This document shows, one piece after another, positions 8,572-18,911 of a stretch of DNA of 34,715 nt. A program made the position numbers and the translations under genes. Location: the NCBI GenBank assembly GCA_036149055.1, contig JAYZQJ010000284.1, positions 1 to 34,715 of the forward strand, given 5' to 3'. This DNA is from Myxococcota bacterium. Lineage in GTDB: Bacteria > Myxococcota_A > Polyangia > Polyangiales > Sandaracinaceae. The notes beneath the pieces were generated by a model. That model was not told the origin of the DNA. It saw only the letters and a list, made by a program, of their open reading frames with translations, and ran no database searches. Position 1 is the first letter of the stretch. Every line of letters begins with the position of its first letter.

Positions 8572-9247
8572 GCCGAAGCGCACCGATCCCATCCAGGGCG
8601 AGATCGTCCACGAGTACGACGGCATCGAGGAGGCGGACAACGCGCTGCCCCGGTGGTGGCTGCTGACCTTCTACGGCTCGATCGTGTTCGGCGTCTTCTA
8701 CTGGTTCGCGTTCCACGAGTTCGAGGTCTTCGATCTCCAGCGCGACGCCTACGCGACCGAGATGGCCGAGCGCGCGCAGGGCGCGGAGGCGGACGAGACC
8801 GTGCTCGCCACCCTCGCCGCGAGCGACGACGCGGTCGCGGAGGGGCGGGAGACCTTCGCCTCCACCTGCGCCGCCTGCCACGGCGACCGAGGGCAGGGGC
8901 AGATCGGGCCCAACCTCACCGACGCGGCCTGGCTCCACGGCGGCGGCGCGATGGACATCTATCGCTCGGTGCGCGAGGGGATCTCGGCCGACGACGCGCG
9001 GCTCGAGGGATCGGCCGGCATGCCCGCCTGGGGCCCGCCGCTCGGGGAGCGCACGGTGCGCTCGCTCGTCGCCTACCTGCTGTCGATCCGCGACACCAAC
9101 GTCGACGGCCGCGCCGCCGAAGGCGAGCCCTGGGATCCCGAGGCGGCGCCGCCCGAGGGCCCGGTGGAGGAGGAGGAGGCGGGGCCCGAGGAGACGCCGA
9201 GCGAGACCGCGACGATCGAACGCACCGCGGAGGGGACCGAGTCGTGA
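8564..9247 (+). CDS. ccoP: cbb3-type cytochrome c oxidase subunit III (mono-heme CcoP)
   Basis: N-terminal HEYDGIEEADNALPRWW; one CAACH heme site; GPNLTD, MPAW; GGAGG RBS. Confidence 0.93.
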   Translation: MGEPKRTDPIQGEIVHEYDGIEEADNALPRWWLLTFYGSIVFGVFYWFAFHEFEVFDLQRDAYATEMAERAQGAEADETVLATLAASDDAVAEGRETFASTCAACHGDRGQGQIGPNLTDAAWLHGGGAMDIYRSVREGISADDARLEGSAGMPAWGPPLGERTVRSLVAYLLSIRDTNVDGRAAEGEPWDPEAAPPEGPVEEEEAGPEETPSETATIERTAEGTES

Positions 9248-10632
9248 GCGACGCGCGCCGCCACCTGCCCGTCGTGCCCACGGCGAGCTCGCTCAACCCC
9301 GACGGAAGCCGCAACCGCGTGCACCCGGCGGACGTGTCGGGGCGGTTCGTGCGGTGGCGGTACGTGGTCTTCGCCGCGCTGGTGGCGATCTGGGCGGCGG
9401 CGCCCTGGGTCCGGATCAATGGCCGCCCGGCGGTGTTCCTCGACGTCGCCCGGCGGCAGTTCTTCCTCTTCGGCGGCGCCTTCAACGCCCAGGACGTCTG
9501 GCTGATGTTCTTCGTGTTGACCGCCATCGGGCTGTCGCTGGTCGCCGTGACCACCACCCTCGGCCGCGTCTGGTGCGGCTGGGCGTGCCCGCAGACGGTG
9601 TTCCTGGAGGGCATGTTCCGGCGCATCGAGCGCTGGGTCGAGGGCCCGCGCAACGCCCGCCTCCGCCGGAACGCGGCGCCGATGAGCTGGGACAAGGCGT
9701 GGCGGAAGGGGCTCAAGCACGCGCTCTTCGTGCTCTCCGCCCTCTTCGTCGCGCACGTCTTCCTGAGCTTCTTCGTGTCGATGCCCTCGATGCTCGAGAT
9801 GATGGGCCGCTCCCCCGCCGAGCACCCCGAGGCGTTCGGCTGGGTGATGGTCGTCAGCGCGCTCCTCTACGGGAACTTCGCGTTCTTCCGGGAGCAGCTC
9901 TGCCTCATCGTCTGCCCCTACGGCCGCCTCCAGTCGGTGCTCACCGACGAGGACAGCCTGGTCGTCGGGTACGACGCGGTGCGCGGTGAGCCGCGCGGCA
10001 AGCCGCGGGACCCGGACGCGGGCGACTGCGTGGACTGCAAGCGCTGCGTGGTGGTGTGCCCGACCGGCATCGACATCCGCAACGGCCTGCAGCTCGACTG
10101 CATCGGGTGCACGGCGTGCATCGACGCCTGCGACGCGGTGATGGACAAGCTCGGCCGGCCGCGCGGGCTGGTCCGCTACGACTCGATGAACGGCCTGCGG
10201 CATCGGGCGAAGCGCGTCTTCCGGCCGCGGCTCCTCCTCTACGGCGGGCTGATCCTGGCCTGGGCGGTCGGCGCGTGGGCAGCCTTCGGCGCGCACACCT
10301 CGTTCGAGGCGAACCTGCTGCGGCTCCGCGGCGCGCCCTTCCACCTGGTCGACGACGGAGAGGTGGTGCGGAACCTCTTCACGGTGCACCTCGTCAACAA
10401 GGCGGACGAGGCGGCGACCTTCCGGGTCGAGGCGGCGGACGGGAGCCCGGGCGTGGCCACGATCGAGCCCGCGACCCGGCGGGTCCGGGCGCTCGGCGAC
10501 GCGGACATCTCGGTGCGGGTCGACGTGCCGCGAGGCGACCGCGCCGCCGGACAGCAGGTGCGGCTCCGCGTCTCCCGAGACGGAGAGGAGCCGACGGTGC
10601 TCGAGGCGCCCATCCTGGGGCCGGCCCGATGA
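9244..10632 (+). CDS. ccoG: Cytochrome c oxidase accessory 4Fe-4S protein CcoG/FixG
   Basis: GTGA overlap; GRVWCGWACPQTV, CLIVCPYGRLQS, CVDCKRCVVVCPTGIDIRNGLQLDCIGCTACIDAC. Confidence 0.95.
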   Translation: MSDARRHLPVVPTASSLNPDGSRNRVHPADVSGRFVRWRYVVFAALVAIWAAAPWVRINGRPAVFLDVARRQFFLFGGAFNAQDVWLMFFVLTAIGLSLVAVTTTLGRVWCGWACPQTVFLEGMFRRIERWVEGPRNARLRRNAAPMSWDKAWRKGLKHALFVLSALFVAHVFLSFFVSMPSMLEMMGRSPAEHPEAFGWVMVVSALLYGNFAFFREQLCLIVCPYGRLQSVLTDEDSLVVGYDAVRGEPRGKPRDPDAGDCVDCKRCVVVCPTGIDIRNGLQLDCIGCTACIDACDAVMDKLGRPRGLVRYDSMNGLRHRAKRVFRPRLLLYGGLILAWAVGAWAAFGAHTSFEANLLRLRGAPFHLVDDGEVVRNLFTVHLVNKADEAATFRVEAADGSPGVATIEPATRRVRALGDADISVRVDVPRGDRAAGQQVRLRVSRDGEEPTVLEAPILGPAR

Positions 10633-11615
10633 GCGCGCGGTTCCTCGCCACGGTGGACGCGGCCGACCGCATCACCCAGTACAACGCGGCGCTGGTCGAG
10701 GCGCTCGGCGGTCCCCCGCGCGCGCTCGAGGATCTCGCGCCGATGCTCGAGCCGCGTCGCCTCGAGCGCGCCCTCATCCGCGCGCGCGGCGGGCGCCCGG
10801 TGCGGCTCTCGGCGAACGACGTCCGGTGGTCGCTCTCTCGTCTGGAGGGGCCGGAGCCCGCGGTCCTGCTGCGGGGCCGCGGGGCCTCGCCTCGGCCGAC
10901 GCCCGCCGACGGTGCGCTCGACGCGATGGGGCAGCTCACCCACGCGCTCGCGCACGAGATCAAGAACCCCCTCAACATCGCGCTCCTCGAGATCGAGCTG
11001 CTCGGGCGCGGGCTCCGGAACCCCTCGGCGGTCGACCACGCCAAGCTCGCCGCGCGGGTGCGGGCGGTGGAGGCGGAGGTGCGCGGCATGTCCCGGCTGC
11101 TCGACGACTTCCTCGCGCTCGCCCGACCCGACCGCCTCGAGCCCGAGCCGGTGCGCGTCGGCGGGCTGGTGGAGGAGGTGGTCCGGGTGCTCGAGGGGCC
11201 GGCGGCGGCGGCCCGGGTCACGCTCTCGACGCGCCTGGACGAGGCCGACGCCTGGGTGGACGCCGACCCGGCGCGGCTCCGGCTCGCGCTGCTGCAGCTC
11301 CTGTCGAACGCGCTCGACGCCTGCGAGGGCGACGCGGGCGCCGACGTCCGGGTCCGCACGCGGCGGCGCGGCGGCACGGTGCACGTGACGATCGAGGACG
11401 ACGGCCCCGGCCTGCCGGCCTCGCCGCGGGTGCTGATGCGGCCCTTCGTCTCGACCAAGAGCCGCGGCACCGGGCTCGGGCTGCCGCTCGTGGCGCGGAT
11501 CGCGAGGCTGCACGGAGGGCGCCTGAGCCTCACCCCGCGGCGCCCGCGGGGGACGCGCGCGCGCTTGATCTTGCCTTGCGCGGTCGAGGTCGAGATGGCC
11601 GAGGAGGCGTCGTGA
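10629..11615 (+). CDS. Cytoplasmic sensor histidine kinase with degenerate PAS-like N-terminus
   Basis: ATGA overlap with ccoG; H-box LAHEIKNPL, N-box QLLSNALDA, DDGPG, PFVSTK, GTGLGL. Confidence 0.9.
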   Translation: MSARFLATVDAADRITQYNAALVEALGGPPRALEDLAPMLEPRRLERALIRARGGRPVRLSANDVRWSLSRLEGPEPAVLLRGRGASPRPTPADGALDAMGQLTHALAHEIKNPLNIALLEIELLGRGLRNPSAVDHAKLAARVRAVEAEVRGMSRLLDDFLALARPDRLEPEPVRVGGLVEEVVRVLEGPAAAARVTLSTRLDEADAWVDADPARLRLALLQLLSNALDACEGDAGADVRVRTRRRGGTVHVTIEDDGPGLPASPRVLMRPFVSTKSRGTGLGLPLVARIARLHGGRLSLTPRRPRGTRARLILPCAVEVEMAEEAS

Positions 11616-12301
11616 GCCCGCTCGCCGCCCTCCTCGCCGGTGGGGCGCTCGGCGTCGCGTCTGCGCCTCACTGCGCCGCGATGTGCGGGAGCCTCGCCGC
11701 CTACTGCGGGGCCGCGACCCGGCGCGGGGGGCTCGGCTATCACCTCGGCCGGCTCGGGAGCTACGCGCTCCTCGGCGCGCTGGCCGGCGGCGGCGCGGCG
11801 CTCGGCGCGACGGCCTTGCCCGCGAAGTGGGCGAGCGCGCTCCTCTCCTGGGCCCTGGCCGCGGCGCTCCTCGTCGGCGCGCGTCGGCTACTCCGCGCCG
11901 CGCCCGAGCCCGGCCTCACGCGGCTCGGGATCGGCGCGCGCTCGAGCTGGCTCGACCGGCTCCGGGATCGCGCCCTCGGGCTCGCCCGTCGACCGGTGGC
12001 GTTCGGCGCGGCGACCGCGCTGCTGCCCTGCGGCGCGCTCTACGCGGCGGCGCTGCTCGCGGCGGGGACCGGGGACGCGCTCGGCGGGGCCGCGGCCATG
12101 ATCGGGTTCGCGGGCGCGAGCGGCGCCGGGCTGGTGGCGCTCGCCGCGCTGGCCCGGCGGCTGCGTCCTCACCTCGCGCGCGACGCGGTGCTCCGTCAGG
12201 TGGTCGCCACCGCGCTCATCGTCGGCGCGCTCGTCCTCGCGGCGCGCCCGGTGCCCGCGCTCCTCACCCCGGAGCCGGCGCCCTGTCACGTGTCGCGCTG
12301 A
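11612..12301 (+). CDS. DsbD_2 / sulfite exporter TauE-SafE family membrane protein (cbb3 biogenesis-associated)
   Basis: GTGA overlap; HCAAMCG, YHLGRLGSY, LLPCGALY motifs. Confidence 0.88.
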   Translation: MSPLAALLAGGALGVASAPHCAAMCGSLAAYCGAATRRGGLGYHLGRLGSYALLGALAGGGAALGATALPAKWASALLSWALAAALLVGARRLLRAAPEPGLTRLGIGARSSWLDRLRDRALGLARRPVAFGAATALLPCGALYAAALLAAGTGDALGGAAAMIGFAGASGAGLVALAALARRLRPHLARDAVLRQVVATALIVGALVLAARPVPALLTPEPAPCHVSR

Positions 12302-12304
12302 CGG

Positions 12305-13672
<1,368 letters not shown>

Positions 13673-13740
13673 GGCGGCGGAGTATAGGCAGCGCGGCGCG
13701 TCCGCGTCGACGCGTCCCGAAAGCGCGGTAGGGTTCCGGC

Positions 13741-15054
13741 GTGGAGGCCGCCGACCCGCCCTGGCTCCTGCTCGTGACGCCCCCGCCGGATCCGCGGATC
13801 GTCGGCGCCTCGGGGGCGCTCGCGGAGGCGCGGCTCCACGCGCTGATGGACGAGGCCGACCGGGCGCGCGTGGACGACGCCCTGACGCGGGCGCTGGCCG
13901 ACGGCGCCGCGCGGGTCACCGTCTCGCTCGGCGGCTCCGCGGTCGCGTTCCGGCTCGCGCGCCTCGAGGGATCGGAGCCGCGCGTCGCGATGGTGGCGGT
14001 CGACGCGCGCGAGGGCTTCTTCGAGGCGATGGTGCGAACCACGCAAGACGCCTTCCTGACCATCGATCGCTCGGGTCGCGTCCAGGAGTTCAACCCCTCG
14101 GCCGAGCGCATGTTCGGCTGGACGCGGGCGGAGATGCTGGGGCAGCCGGTCGAGAAGCTGATGCCCCCCGAGCACGCGGTCGCGCACGGCGGCTACGTGC
14201 GCCGCTACGAGCACACCGGCGAGGCGCGGGCCATCGGGCGCATCCGCGAGGTCGAGGCGATGCGCAGGGACGGCACGCGCTTCCCGATGGAGCTCTCGGT
14301 CACCGAGAGCCGCAGCGGCGGCGAGGTGCGCTACGGCGCCTTCATCCGCGACGTCTCGGAGCGCGAGCGCATGACGCGCGACCTCGTGGAGAAGGAGCGC
14401 CTGGCTACCGTCGGCGAGATGGCCGCGACCCTCGCCCACGAGGTCGGCAACCCGCTCAACAACATGACCCTCAAGGCCGAGGCCCTCGAGCGGCGCCTCG
14501 CCAAGGCCGAGGTGAGCGACCCACGCCTGAAGGTCGGGCTCGCCGAGATCCGGGAGGAGGTCGAGCGCCTCTCGGATCTGCTCAGCGAGTTCCGCCACCT
14601 CGCCCGCCGCCCGCGGCTCGATCTCCAGCCGCTGCTCGGCGCCGAGCTCCTGTCCGACGTGGCCGAGGACCTCCGGGCTCGCGCCGGCGAGATCACCGTC
14701 GAGGTCGACGCGGCCGCGTCCGCCGCGCTCGAGGCGGATCCCGCCAAGCTGCGGCAGGTCCTGCTGAACCTCGGCCTCAACGCGCTCGAGGCGCTGGAGG
14801 GCCGCGGCGTCGTCACCCTCTCGGCCCGCGAAGACGGGGAGCACGTCGTGCTGGAGGTCGCCGACGACGGACCGGGTCTCCCCGCGGACGTGGATCCCTA
14901 CGAGCCCTTCGCGTCGACCAAGGAGGGGGGCACCGGCCTCGGCCTCGCGGTCGCCCGCCGCCTCGTCGAGGCCCACGGCGGCACCCTCACCCACCGCGCC
15001 CTCGCGCCCGGGGTCGCGTTCACCGCGCGGCTGCCCCGTCGGGCTCCGACCTGA
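13741..15054 (+). CDS. FixL-like heme-PAS sensor histidine kinase
   Basis: PAS 'FNPSAERMFGWTRAEMLGQPVEKLMPPEHAVAHGGYVRRYEHTGEARAIGRIREVEAMRRDGTRFPMELSVTE' parallels the FixL heme-PAS incl. proximal His; LAHEVGNPL, NALEA, DDGPG, GTGLGL. Confidence 0.88.
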   Translation: MEAADPPWLLLVTPPPDPRIVGASGALAEARLHALMDEADRARVDDALTRALADGAARVTVSLGGSAVAFRLARLEGSEPRVAMVAVDAREGFFEAMVRTTQDAFLTIDRSGRVQEFNPSAERMFGWTRAEMLGQPVEKLMPPEHAVAHGGYVRRYEHTGEARAIGRIREVEAMRRDGTRFPMELSVTESRSGGEVRYGAFIRDVSERERMTRDLVEKERLATVGEMAATLAHEVGNPLNNMTLKAEALERRLAKAEVSDPRLKVGLAEIREEVERLSDLLSEFRHLARRPRLDLQPLLGAELLSDVAEDLRARAGEITVEVDAAASAALEADPAKLRQVLLNLGLNALEALEGRGVVTLSAREDGEHVVLEVADDGPGLPADVDPYEPFASTKEGGTGLGLAVARRLVEAHGGTLTHRALAPGVAFTARLPRRAPT

Positions 15055-15056
15055 CG

Positions 15057-18000
15057 TCAGCGTGGCTCGCGGGCGACGGTCGCCGCGTGCTCGGGGATCC
15101 GCTCGAGGAAGCTCTGGCGCCACGCGGAGTCGGTGATCTTCGCGGCTCGCTCCCGGAGCGCGCGCGCGGCGTCGGCGGCGGCCGCGTCGGCGTCGGCGTC
15201 GCCGAGCGCGTCGAGGGTGGCGACGTGGGCCCAGCGGACGAGGCCCTCGCCGAGCTCGAGCGGCACGCCCGAGCGCAGGACGTCCATCGCGCGATCCGCC
15301 GCGTCGCGCGCCTCCTCCAGGCGACCCCGCGCGCGCAGGGCCTCGGCGAGCAGCGCCAGCGCGTAGGGGCGGACTTGCGGGAGATCGCGGAGGTGCTCGA
15401 CCGCGAGGCGCGCGTGGCGCTCCGCCTCCTCGGGCTGACCGTCCCCGAGCAGCGCGCGTGACAGGTAGGCGTGCACCGCGCCGAGGAAGCGCTCGTCCCC
15501 GCGATCGCGCAGCGAGAGGAACGCCGCGCCCAGCTCCGCGCGCGCCTCGCGGTGGCGGCCGAGGTGGGTGAGCACGTGGCCGAGGTTGGTGCGCGCCGCG
15601 TCGACGACGATGGCGAGGCTCATGCGCTTCGCGTCGTCGTAGGCCTCCCGGAGGTGGCGCTCGGCGTCCTCGTGCAGCCCGAGCTCGGCCTCGAGCACCG
15701 CGGCGTTGAGCCGCTCGATGCAGGCGTCACGGCGCGCGCCCGCCTCGTCCTGCAGCGCGGCCGAGGCGCGGAGATGGACCAGGCACCCGGCGCTGTCGCC
15801 TCGCCGCGTGGCGCGCGACGCCCGGGCGCGCTCGATGGCGGCGGCCACGTCCGGCGCCGCGCGGAGCGTCTCCGGCGCGCCTTCCGCGCGCGCGAGCAGG
15901 GCGTGGGCGCGCTCGGACTGACCAGCCTGGAAGGCGCCCGTCGCGAGCCGCGCGAGGGCTCGCACCGTCATGCGCGTCTCCGGGCTCGCCTCGAGGCGCG
16001 GCTGCACCCGATCGAACACGTCGAAGAGCCCGAGGCTCAGCGCCGCGAAGCACTCTCGCTCGATCGCCTGCACCCACGGGTCGCTGCCGGAGGGGAGGGC
16101 GTCCTGGGCCGCGAGCGCGAGCTTGCGCGCGTCCCCCGGGCGCCCGCGCCAGTGATGAGAGGTGGCGAGCACGAGGCGGAGGCGGCCGAGCTTCTCCCGC
16201 TTCGCCCCGGCCGCGATGCCCCGCTCGGCGCACCGCTCGGCCACGTCGAGGTCGTCGCCCTCGAGCGCCTGCTCGGCGGCGCGGAGGTGGTGGGTGACCG
16301 CGGCGTCCCGATCGCGGCCCCGCTCCGCGTGGTCGGCCAGCCGGAACGGATCGGTCTCCCCCGCGCGCTGGAGCCAGCGGAGGGCGAGGCGGTGACCGAG
16401 CTCGCGGTCCTCGGTCGTCAGCATCCCGTAGGCGGCCTCGCGCACCGTCGCGTGCCGGAACGCCCACTCCTCGTCCCCCTCGAAGCGCGAGGGGCGCCGC
16501 GCCTCGATCAGCTCGCGCCCGGCGAGCGCGTCGAGCCCCTCGACCGTGGCCGGTCCGGTGGTGATCCGGCCGAGCAGCGCGTCGACGCCGTCGCGCCAGA
16601 ACGCGCGCCCGAAGACGCTCGCCGCCCGGAGCAGGCGCCGCTCCTCGCTCGGCAGCGCCCCGAGCCGCGCCTGCGCGAGCGCGAGCACCGTGTCCGGCAG
16701 CGCGTCTCCCCGGCCCTCCGCCTCGGCGCGGACCAGCTCCTCCAGGGTGAAGGCGTGGCCGTCGGCGCGCTCCACGATCGCGTCCACGCGCGCGGCGTCG
16801 ACGCCCTCGAGCGACGCCTCGACGAAGCGGCGCGCCGCGCCGGGGCGGAGGCCCGAGAGCGCGATGCGCGTCCGCGCCCGCTCGGCCCACGGATCGCCCA
16901 GCGCCTCGGGCAGCTCCGGGCGCGCGAGCCCGAGCACGACCAGCGCCCGGTCCTCCAGGTTCCGGAGCAGCCGATCGAGCAGCTCGACGCTCGGCTTGTC
17001 CCCCCACTGCAGGTCGTCGACCGCGAGCAGCAGCGGGCCGCGCGCGGCGTGGGCGTCGACGAAGTCCTCGAAGGCGCGCCGGATCTGGTCGCCCATCAGC
17101 CGCGGATCGAGCCGCGCGGCCGCGAGCTGCGCCGACGGCGGCCCCTCCGCGCGCGCGCCGACCAGCTCGGCGAGGAACGTGGTGACGCGCTCGGTGTCCG
17201 CGGCGCCGATGCGCCCGTCGCAGTGCGAGGCGAGCTTGGCGCGCACGACGTCCGGCGCGTCGCCGCGGCCGATGGAGGCGGCGTCTCGCACCAGCGCGGC
17301 GGCGACCGCGTGCGGGGAGCCCGCGGTCTCGACCTCGCCGCTGGTGAGCCAGACCTCCGGCGGGTCGTCGCTCGCCTCGAGCCGCTCGAGGAGCTCGCGC
17401 AAGAGGCGCGTCTTGCCGGCGCCGCTCTCGGCCACCACCAGGGCCGCGCGCGCGGTCCGCTCCTCGCCGGCCTCCAGCACCGCGGCCTCGAGCAAGGCGA
17501 GCTCGCGCTTGCGCCCGACGAACCGCGTCGGTCGCCCGAGGAGCGGGCGGGGCACGTCTCGATCGTGCTCGGCGAGCAGGAGCAGCCCCTCGGCGTCGCC
17601 GCCGATCTCGAAGCGCCGCCCGAGCAGCCCGGCCGTCGTCTCGTCGATCGCGATCGCGCCCGACGCGCCCTGCGCGCGCGCCCGCTGGTAGAGGCCGGCC
17701 GCGGCGTCGATCGCGTCGCCCACCGGGAGTCGGTCGGCGAGCACCGCGCGCCCGGTCGCCACGCCCACCGGCGCTCCGTCGAAGAGCGCGCGGAGCGCGG
17801 CCGCGATGCGCGCGGCTCTCCGGGCGAGATCGGTCGCGCTCCCCTCCGCCAGCACCGCGGCCACCGTGCCGTTGGCGAGCTCCTCGACGCGCGCGCCGTA
17901 GCGCTCCGCCATCATCGCGAGGCGGGCGACCCGGGTGGCGTGCTCGTGCGTGGTCATCGTCTCGGCGCTCGGCTGCACGCTCGCGCGCGCCAGGACCACG

Positions 18001-18902
18001 GTGACCACCCGCTGCTCGCGCTCCGTCAGGCCCGGCGGCGCGGAGGGGCGGGGCGCCGGGCGCCGCGCGTCCCCGAGGGGCAGCGTCGCGCGCAGCTCGG
18101 CGAAGAGCTGACCCACCAGCCCCGCCGTCGGGCGCTCCTCCGGGTCCTTGTCGAGCATGCTGACGAGCGCGCGATCGATCGCCTCGGGCACGCCGTCCAC
18201 CAGCGACGCGATCGGCGGCACCTCCTCGAGCAGCACCTTGGCCAGCACGCCGAGCGCGCTGCTCCCCTCGAAGGCCCGGCGCCCGGCGAGGCACTCCCAG
18301 AGCACGCAGCCCAGCGAGAAGAGATCGGCGCGCCCGTCCACCTCGCCCTCGGCGCGCGCCTGCTCGGGCGCCATGTAGGCGGGCGTGCCCACCGCCGAGC
18401 CCACCGTGGTCACGCTCGCGAGCGCGCGGTTGTGGGCCACGCCGAAGTCGAGCAGCCGCACCTGCGCCACCTCGTCGTCGACCAGGAAGAGGTTGCTCGG
18501 CTTGATGTCGCGGTGGATCACCCCGCGCGCGTGCGCCGCCTCGAGCGCCTCCGCGACCCGCCGCCCGAGCTCCATCGTCTCGGCGATCGTCAGCGGCGCG
18601 TCCTTCAGCCGCTCGGCCAGGTCCCGCCCCTCGAGCCACTCGGTGACCAGCCACTCGACGCCGTCGCTCGAGCCGTGCGCGCGGTAGCGGACCACCGCCG
18701 GGTGGGTCAGCGACGCCAGGGTCGCGGCCTCCCGCGCGAACCGCACCGCGTTCTCGGGGTGGCTCTGGTGCGGGTGCAGCACCTTCACGGCGACCGGCCG
18801 CTCGTCCTCCGCGTCCACCGCCCGGAACACGGTCCCCATGCCGCCGCGCCCCGCCTCCTCGACGAGCCGATAGCGCCCGTCGATGACCGCGCCGACTTCC
18901 AC
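15057..18902 (-). CDS. Ser/Thr kinase - degenerate cyclase-like - STAND/AAA ATPase - TPR multidomain protein
   Basis: GRGGMG, VAVK, HRDIKPSN, DFG, GTPAYMAPE; FVGRKRE, AESGAGKT (Walker A), AVDDLQW (Walker B), FRHATVREAAY; C-terminal helical repeats. Confidence 0.93.
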   Translation of the reverse strand: MEVGAVIDGRYRLVEEAGRGGMGTVFRAVDAEDERPVAVKVLHPHQSHPENAVRFAREAATLASLTHPAVVRYRAHGSSDGVEWLVTEWLEGRDLAERLKDAPLTIAETMELGRRVAEALEAAHARGVIHRDIKPSNLFLVDDEVAQVRLLDFGVAHNRALASVTTVGSAVGTPAYMAPEQARAEGEVDGRADLFSLGCVLWECLAGRRAFEGSSALGVLAKVLLEEVPPIASLVDGVPEAIDRALVSMLDKDPEERPTAGLVGQLFAELRATLPLGDARRPAPRPSAPPGLTEREQRVVTVVLARASVQPSAETMTTHEHATRVARLAMMAERYGARVEELANGTVAAVLAEGSATDLARRAARIAAALRALFDGAPVGVATGRAVLADRLPVGDAIDAAAGLYQRARAQGASGAIAIDETTAGLLGRRFEIGGDAEGLLLLAEHDRDVPRPLLGRPTRFVGRKRELALLEAAVLEAGEERTARAALVVAESGAGKTRLLRELLERLEASDDPPEVWLTSGEVETAGSPHAVAAALVRDAASIGRGDAPDVVRAKLASHCDGRIGAADTERVTTFLAELVGARAEGPPSAQLAAARLDPRLMGDQIRRAFEDFVDAHAARGPLLLAVDDLQWGDKPSVELLDRLLRNLEDRALVVLGLARPELPEALGDPWAERARTRIALSGLRPGAARRFVEASLEGVDAARVDAIVERADGHAFTLEELVRAEAEGRGDALPDTVLALAQARLGALPSEERRLLRAASVFGRAFWRDGVDALLGRITTGPATVEGLDALAGRELIEARRPSRFEGDEEWAFRHATVREAAYGMLTTEDRELGHRLALRWLQRAGETDPFRLADHAERGRDRDAAVTHHLRAAEQALEGDDLDVAERCAERGIAAGAKREKLGRLRLVLATSHHWRGRPGDARKLALAAQDALPSGSDPWVQAIERECFAALSLGLFDVFDRVQPRLEASPETRMTVRALARLATGAFQAGQSERAHALLARAEGAPETLRAAPDVAAAIERARASRATRRGDSAGCLVHLRASAALQDEAGARRDACIERLNAAVLEAELGLHEDAERHLREAYDDAKRMSLAIVVDAARTNLGHVLTHLGRHREARAELGAAFLSLRDRGDERFLGAVHAYLSRALLGDGQPEEAERHARLAVEHLRDLPQVRPYALALLAEALRARGRLEEARDAADRAMDVLRSGVPLELGEGLVRWAHVATLDALGDADADAAAADAARALRERAAKITDSAWRQSFLERIPEHAATVAREPR

Positions 18903-18911
18903 GCCGGGAGC

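Noticed and set aside
6041..9247. ccoNO fusion and mono-heme CcoP as novelties
   Set aside because: Both are established features of cbb3 oxidases in Bacteroidota, Myxococcota and other lineages.
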